Positions 20,040-25,602 of a stretch of DNA of 25,602 bases are shown here, piece by piece. The notes under the pieces are model-generated. The model was not told where the DNA came from. It worked only from the letters and a program-made list of their open reading frames with translations, and searched no databases. The DNA is taken from the NCBI RefSeq assembly GCF_000981445.1, contig NC_027219.1, forward strand, positions 868,001-893,602, in the 5' to 3' direction. The stretch is from Babesia bigemina (Eukaryota). How positions within the stretch are numbered: the first letter of the stretch is position 1; each line of letters starts with the position of its first letter. A program made the position numbers and the translations under genes.

Positions 20040-23000
20040 CAATAACAAGGCAAATTAGAATCAAGGCTTATCTAAGGCCAGAAACAGGAAGATGAGTAGC
20101 TGAATAAGATAAGATGAGTAGCTGAATAAGATAAGATGAGTAGCTGAATAAGATGAGTAGCAATAACAAGGCAAATTAGAATCAAGGCTTATCTAAGGCC
20201 AGAAACAGGAAGATGAGTAGATGAATAAGATAAGATGAGTAGCTGAATAAGATAAGATGAGTAGCTGAATAAGATAAGATGAGTAGCTGAATAAGATAAG
20301 ATGAGTAGCTGAATAAGATAAGATGAGTAGCTGAATAAGATGAGTAGCAATAACAAGGCAAATTAGAATCAAGGCTTATCTAAGGCCAGAAACAGGAAGA
20401 TGAGTAGATGAATAAGATAAGATGAGTAGCTGAATAAGATAAGATGAGTAGCTGAATAAGATAAGATGAGTAGCTGAATAAGATAAGATGAGTAGCTGAA
20501 TAAGATAAGATGAGTAGCTGAATAAGATAAGATGAGTAGCTGAATAAGATAAGATGAGTAGCTGAATAAGATGAGTAGCAATAACAAGGCAAATTAGAAT
20601 CAAGGCTTATCTAAGGCCAGAAACAGGAAGATGAGTAGATGAATAAGATAAGATGAGTAGCTGAATAAGATAAGATGAGTAGCTGAATAAGATAAGATGA
20701 GTAGCTGAATAAGATAAGATGAGTAGCTGAATAAGATAAGATGAGTAGCTGAATAAGATAAGATGAGTAGCTGAATAAGATAAGATGAGTAGCTGAATAA
20801 GATAAGATGAGTAGCTGAATAAGATGAGTAGCAATAACAAGGCAAATTAGAATCAAGGCTTATCTAAGGCCAGAAACAGGAAGATGAGTAGATGAATAAG
20901 ATAAGATGAGTAGCTGAATAAGATAAGATGAGTAGCTGAATAAGATAAGATGAGTAGCTGAATAAGATAAGATGAGTAGCTGAATAAGATAAGATGAGTA
21001 GCTGAATAAGATGAGTAGCAATAACAAGGCAAATTAGAATCAAGGCTTATCTAAGGCCAGAAACAGGAAGATGAGTAGCTGAATAAGATAAGATGAGTAG
21101 CTGAATAAGATAAGATGAGTAGCTGAATAAGATAAGATGAGTAGCTGAATAAGATAAGATGAGTAGCTGAATAAGATAAGATGAGTAGCTGAATAAGATA
21201 AGATGAGTAGCTGAATAAGATAAGATGAGTAGCTGAATAAGATAAGATGAGTAGCTGAATAAGATGAGTAGCAATAACAAGGCAAATTAGAATCAAGGCT
21301 TATCTAAGGCCAGAAACAGGAAGATGAGTAGCTGAATAAGATAAGATGAGTAGCTGAATAAGATAAGATGAGTAGCTGAATAAGATAAGATGAGTAGCTG
21401 AATAAGATAAGATGAGTAGCTGAATAAGATAAGATGAGTAGCTGAATAAGATAAGATGAGTAGCTGAATAAGATAAGATGAGTAGCTGAATAAGATAAGA
21501 TGAGTAGCTGAATAAGATAAGATGAGTAGCTGAATAAGATGAGTAGCTGAATAAGATAAGATGAGTAGCTGAATAAGATAAGATGAGTAGCTGAATAAGA
21601 TGAGTAGCAATAACAAGGCAAATTAGAATCAAGGCTTATCTAAGGCCAGAAACAGGAAGATGAGTAGCTGAATAAGATAAGATGAGTAGCAATAACAAGG
21701 CAAATTAGAATCAAGGCTTATCTAAGGCCAGAAACAGGAAGATGAGTAGCTGAATAAGATAAGATGAGTAGCTGAATAAGATAAGATGAGTAGCTGAATA
21801 AGATGAGTAGCAATAACAAGGCAAATTAGAATCAAGGCTTATCTAAGGCCAGAAACAGGAAGATGAGTAGCTGAATAAGATAAGATGAGTAGCTGAATAA
21901 GATAAGATGAGTAGCTGAATAAGATAAGATGAGTAGCTGAATAAGATGAGTAGCAATAACAAGGCAAATTAGAATCAAGGCTTATCTAAGGCCAGAAACA
22001 GGAAGATGAGTAGCTGAATAAGATAAGATGAGTAGCTGAATAAGATAAGATGAGTAGCTGAATAAGATGAGTAGCTGAATAAGATGAGTAGCTGAATAAG
22101 ATAAGATGAGTAGCTGAATAAGATAAGATGAGTAGCTGAATAAGATAAGATGAGTAGCTGAATAAGATAAGATGAGTAGCAATAACAAGGCAAATTAGAA
22201 TCAAGGCTTATCTAAGGCCAGAAACAGGAAGATGAGTAGCTGAATAAGATAAGATGAGTAGCTGAATAAGATGAGTAGCAATAACAAGGCAAATTAGAAT
22301 CAAGGCTTATCTAAGGCCAGAAACAGGAAGATGAGTAGCTGAATAAGATAAGATGAGTAGCTGAATAAGATAAGATGAGTAGCTGAATAAGATGAGTAGC
22401 TGAATAAGATGAGTAGCTGAATAAGATAAGATGAGTAGCTGAATAAGATAAGATGAGTAGCTGAATAAGATAAGATGAGTAGCTGAATAAGATAAGATGA
22501 GTAGCAATAACAAGGCAAATTAGAATCAAGGCTTATCTAAGGCCAGAAACAGGAAGATGAGTAGCTGAATAAGATAAGATGAGTAGCTGAATAAGATAAG
22601 ATGAGTAGCTGAATAAGATAAGATGAGTAGCAATAACAAGGCAAATTAGAATCAAGGCTTATCTAAGGCCAGAAACAGGAAGATGAGTAGCTGAATAAGA
22701 TAAGATGAGTAGCTGAATAAGATAAGATGAGTAGCTGAATAAGATGAGTAGCAATAACAAGGCAAATTAGAATCAAGGCTTATCTAAGGCCAGAAACAGG
22801 AAGATGAGTAGATGAATAAGATAAGATGAGTAGCTGAATAAGATAAGATGAGTAGCTGAATAAGATAAGATGAGTAGCTGAATAAGATAAGATGAGTAGC
22901 TGAATAAGATAAGATGAGTAGCTGAATAAGATGAGTAGCAATAACAAGGCAAATTAGAATCAAGGCTTATCTAAGGCCAGAAACAGGAAGATGAGTAGAT

Positions 23001-24514
23001 GAATAAGATAAGATGAGTAGCTGAATAAGATAAGATGAGTAGCTGAATAAGATAAGATGAGTAGCTGAATAAGATAAGATGAGTAGCTGAATAAGATAAG
23101 ATGAGTAGCTGAATAAGATAAGATGAGTAGCAATAACAAGGCAGATTAGAATCAAGGCTTATCTAAGGCCAGAAACAGGAAGATGAGTAGCTGAATAAGA
23201 TGAGTAGCTGAATAAGATAAGATGAGTAGCCATAACAAGGCAGATTAGAATCGAGGCTTATCTAAGGCCCGAAACAGGAAGATGATTAGCTGAATAAGAT
23301 GAGTAGCTGAATAGGATAAGATGAGTAGCTGAATAAGATAAGATGAGTAGCTGAATAAGATAAGATGAGTAGCTGAATAAGATAAGATGAGTAGCTGAAT
23401 AAGATAAGATGAGTAGCTGAATAAGATAAGATGAGTAGCTGAATAAGATGAGTAGCTGAATATGATAAGATGAGTAGCTGAATAAGATAAGATGAGTAGC
23501 TGAATAAGATAAGATGAGTAGCTGAATAAGATAAGATGAGTAGCTGAATAAGATAAGATGAGTAGCTGAATAAGATAAGATGAGTAGCTGAATAAGATAA
23601 GATGAGTAGCTGAATAAGATGAGTAGCAATGCCAAGGCAAATTAGAATCAAGGCTTATCTAAGGCCAGAAACAGGAAGATGAGTAGATGAATAAGATAAG
23701 ATGAGTAGCTGAATAAGATAAGATGAGTAGCTGAATAAGATAAGATGAGTAGCTGAATAAGATAAGATGAGTAGCTGAATAAGATAAGATGAGTAGCTGA
23801 ATAAGATAAGATGAGTAGCAATAACAAGGCAAATTAGAATCAAGGCTTATCTAAGGCCAGAAACAGGAAGATGAGTAGCTGAATAAGATGAGTAGCTGAA
23901 TAAGATAAGATGAGTAGCAATAACAAGGCAAATTAGAATCAAGGCTTATCTAAGGCCAGAAACAGGAAGATGAGTAGCTGAATAAGATGAGTAGCTGAAT
24001 AAGATAAGATGAGTAGCTGAATAAGATAAGATGAGTAGCTGAATAAGATAAGATGAGTAGCTGAATAAGATAAGATGAGTAGCTGAATAAGATAAGATGA
24101 GTAGCTGAATAAGATAAGATGAGTAGCTGAATAAGATGAGTAGCTGAATATGATAAGATGAGTAGCTGAATAAGATAAGATGAGTAGCTGAATAAGATAA
24201 GATGAGTAGCTGAATAAGATAAGATGAGTAGCTGAATAAGATAAGATGAGTAGCTGAATAAGATGAGTAGCTGAATAAGATAAGATGAGTAGCTGAATAA
24301 GATGAGTAGCTGAATAAGATAAGATGAGTAGCTGAATAAGATAAGATGAGTAGCTGAATAAGATAAGATGAGTAGCAATAACAAGGCAAATTAGAATCAA
24401 GGCTTATCTAAGGCCAGAAACAGGAAGATGAGTAGCTGAATAAGATAAGATGAGTAGCTGAATAAGATGAGTAGCAATAACAAGGCAAATTAGAATCAAG
24501 GCTTATCTAAGGCC
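20040..24514. repeat. Telomere-associated compound satellite: a 49-bp block alternating with variable runs of 22-bp and 17-bp units
   Basis: The block caataacaaggcaaattagaatcaaggcttatctaaggccagaaacagg occurs 24 times (20040 to 24475, the last one truncated). Each full block is followed by aagatgagtag, then runs of ctgaataagataagatgagtag and ctgaataagatgagtag. Confidence 0.97.
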
Positions 24515-24684
24515 GAGCGAAGTGAGGCCATCAAGAGGAAGATGAGTAGGTGAGTTAAGGCTTATCTAAGGCCGAGCGAAGTGAGGCCAGAAACAGTACC
24601 AAGGCAAATTAGAATCAAGGCTTATCTAAGGCCGAGCGAAGTGAGGCCAGAAACAGGAAGATTAGTAGATGAGGTCCTAGAATT
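24511..24684. repeat. Satellite-telomere junction with three copies of ggccgagcgaagtgaggcc
   Basis: The 19-mer is at 24511-24529, 24570-24588 and 24630-24648, each preceded by aaggcttatctaa. Confidence 0.85.
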
Positions 24685-25602
24685 CTAGGGTTAGGAGGCC
24701 AGGTTACTGGGCTTAGGTTTTTTAGGTTCTTAGGTTCTTAGGTTTTAGGGTTTAGGGTTTTAGGGTTTAGGGTTTTAGGGTTTTTAGGGTTTAGGGTTTT
24801 AGGGTTTTAGGGTTTTTAGGTTTTAGGGTTTTAGGGTTTAGGGTTTAGGTTTAGGGTTTTAGGGTTTAGGGTTTTAGGGTTTAGGTTTTAGGGTTTTAGG
24901 GTTTAGGGTTTTAGGGTTTTTAGGGTTTAGGGTTTTTAGGGTTTTAGGGTTTAGGGTTTTTAGGGTTTAGGGTTTTAGGGTTTAGGTTTAGGTTTAGGGT
25001 TTTAGGGTTTAGGGTTTAGGGTTTTTAGGGTTTAGGGTTTAGGGTTTTAGGGTTTTTAGGGTTTTAGGGTTTTTAGGGTTTTAGGTTTAGGGTTTTTGGT
25101 TTAGGGTTTTAGGGTTTTAGGGTTTAGGGTTTTTAGGGTTTTAGGGTTTTTAGGGTTTTTAGGGTTTTAGGGTTTAGGTTTAGGGTTTTAGGGTTTAGGG
25201 TTTAGGGTTTTAGGGTTTTTAGGGTTTAGGGTTTTAGGGTTTTAGGGTTTTAGGTTTTTTAGGTTTAGGGTTTTAGGGTTTTAGGTTTTAGGTTTAGGGT
25301 TTAGGGTTTAGGGTTTTTTGGTTTTTAGGGTTTAGGGTTTTAGGGTTTTAGGGTTTTAGGGTTTAGGGTTTTTAGGGTTTTTAGGGTTTTAGGGTTTTAG
25401 GGTTTTTAGGGTTTTTTAGGGTTTAGGGTTTTTAGGGTTTTAGGGTTTTAGGGTTTTAGGGTTTAGGGTTTTAGGGTTTTAGGGTTTTAGGGTTTTAGGG
25501 TTTTAGGGTTTTTAGGGTTTTTAGGGTTTTTAGGGTTTTAGGGTTTTAGGGTTTAGGGTTTAGGGTTTTAGGGTTTTAGGGTTTAGGGTTTTAGGGTTTT
25601 AG
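24685..25602 (+). repeat. Telomere repeat array (TTTAGGG / TTTTAGGG / TTTTTAGGG with TTTAGG variants), degenerate in the first ~55 bp
   Basis: The G-rich strand runs 5'->3' to the end of the window. Proximal variants such as ttcttagg come before the regular repeats, which begin at ~24741. Confidence 0.98.

Noticed and set aside
20369..24400. Many minus-strand ORFs reading LILFSYSSYLIQLLILSYSATH
   Set aside because: An artefact of a 22-bp unit with no stop on that strand; the same peptide appears in all three frames.
20040..24514. CRISPR-like appearance of a 49-bp repeat with intervening sequence
   Set aside because: The intervening DNA is itself tandem 22/17-mers rather than unique spacers. 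There are no cas genes and the context is a eukaryotic subtelomere.

Overview
Eukaryotic chromosome end with the telomere at the right. It is most likely from a piroplasmid (Babesia-like); this is inferred from the many 34-42 nt GT-AG introns, compact genes and T(3-5)AGGG telomere. Left to right: (1) the 3' end of an FCP1-like CTD phosphatase with a BRCT domain; (2) a single-exon 1860-aa acidic, low-complexity protein; (3) a multi-intron Tas-like aldo-keto reductase (AKR) with a probable signal peptide; (4) a ~4.35-kb block of three very divergent small two-TM ORFs set in near-identical non-coding spacers, bracketed by a 676-bp direct duplication of the AKR/RRP45 head-to-head region; (5) exosome subunit RRP45 (7 exons); (6) a small Cys/Lys-rich C-terminal-TM gene followed by tandem copies of its TM-coding end; (7) ~2 kb of unassigned DNA; (8) a 4.5-kb compound satellite (49-bp block plus 22/17-bp units); (9) ~0.9 kb of telomere repeats. 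The most striking feature is the constant-spacer/variable-ORF array at 10338-13949.
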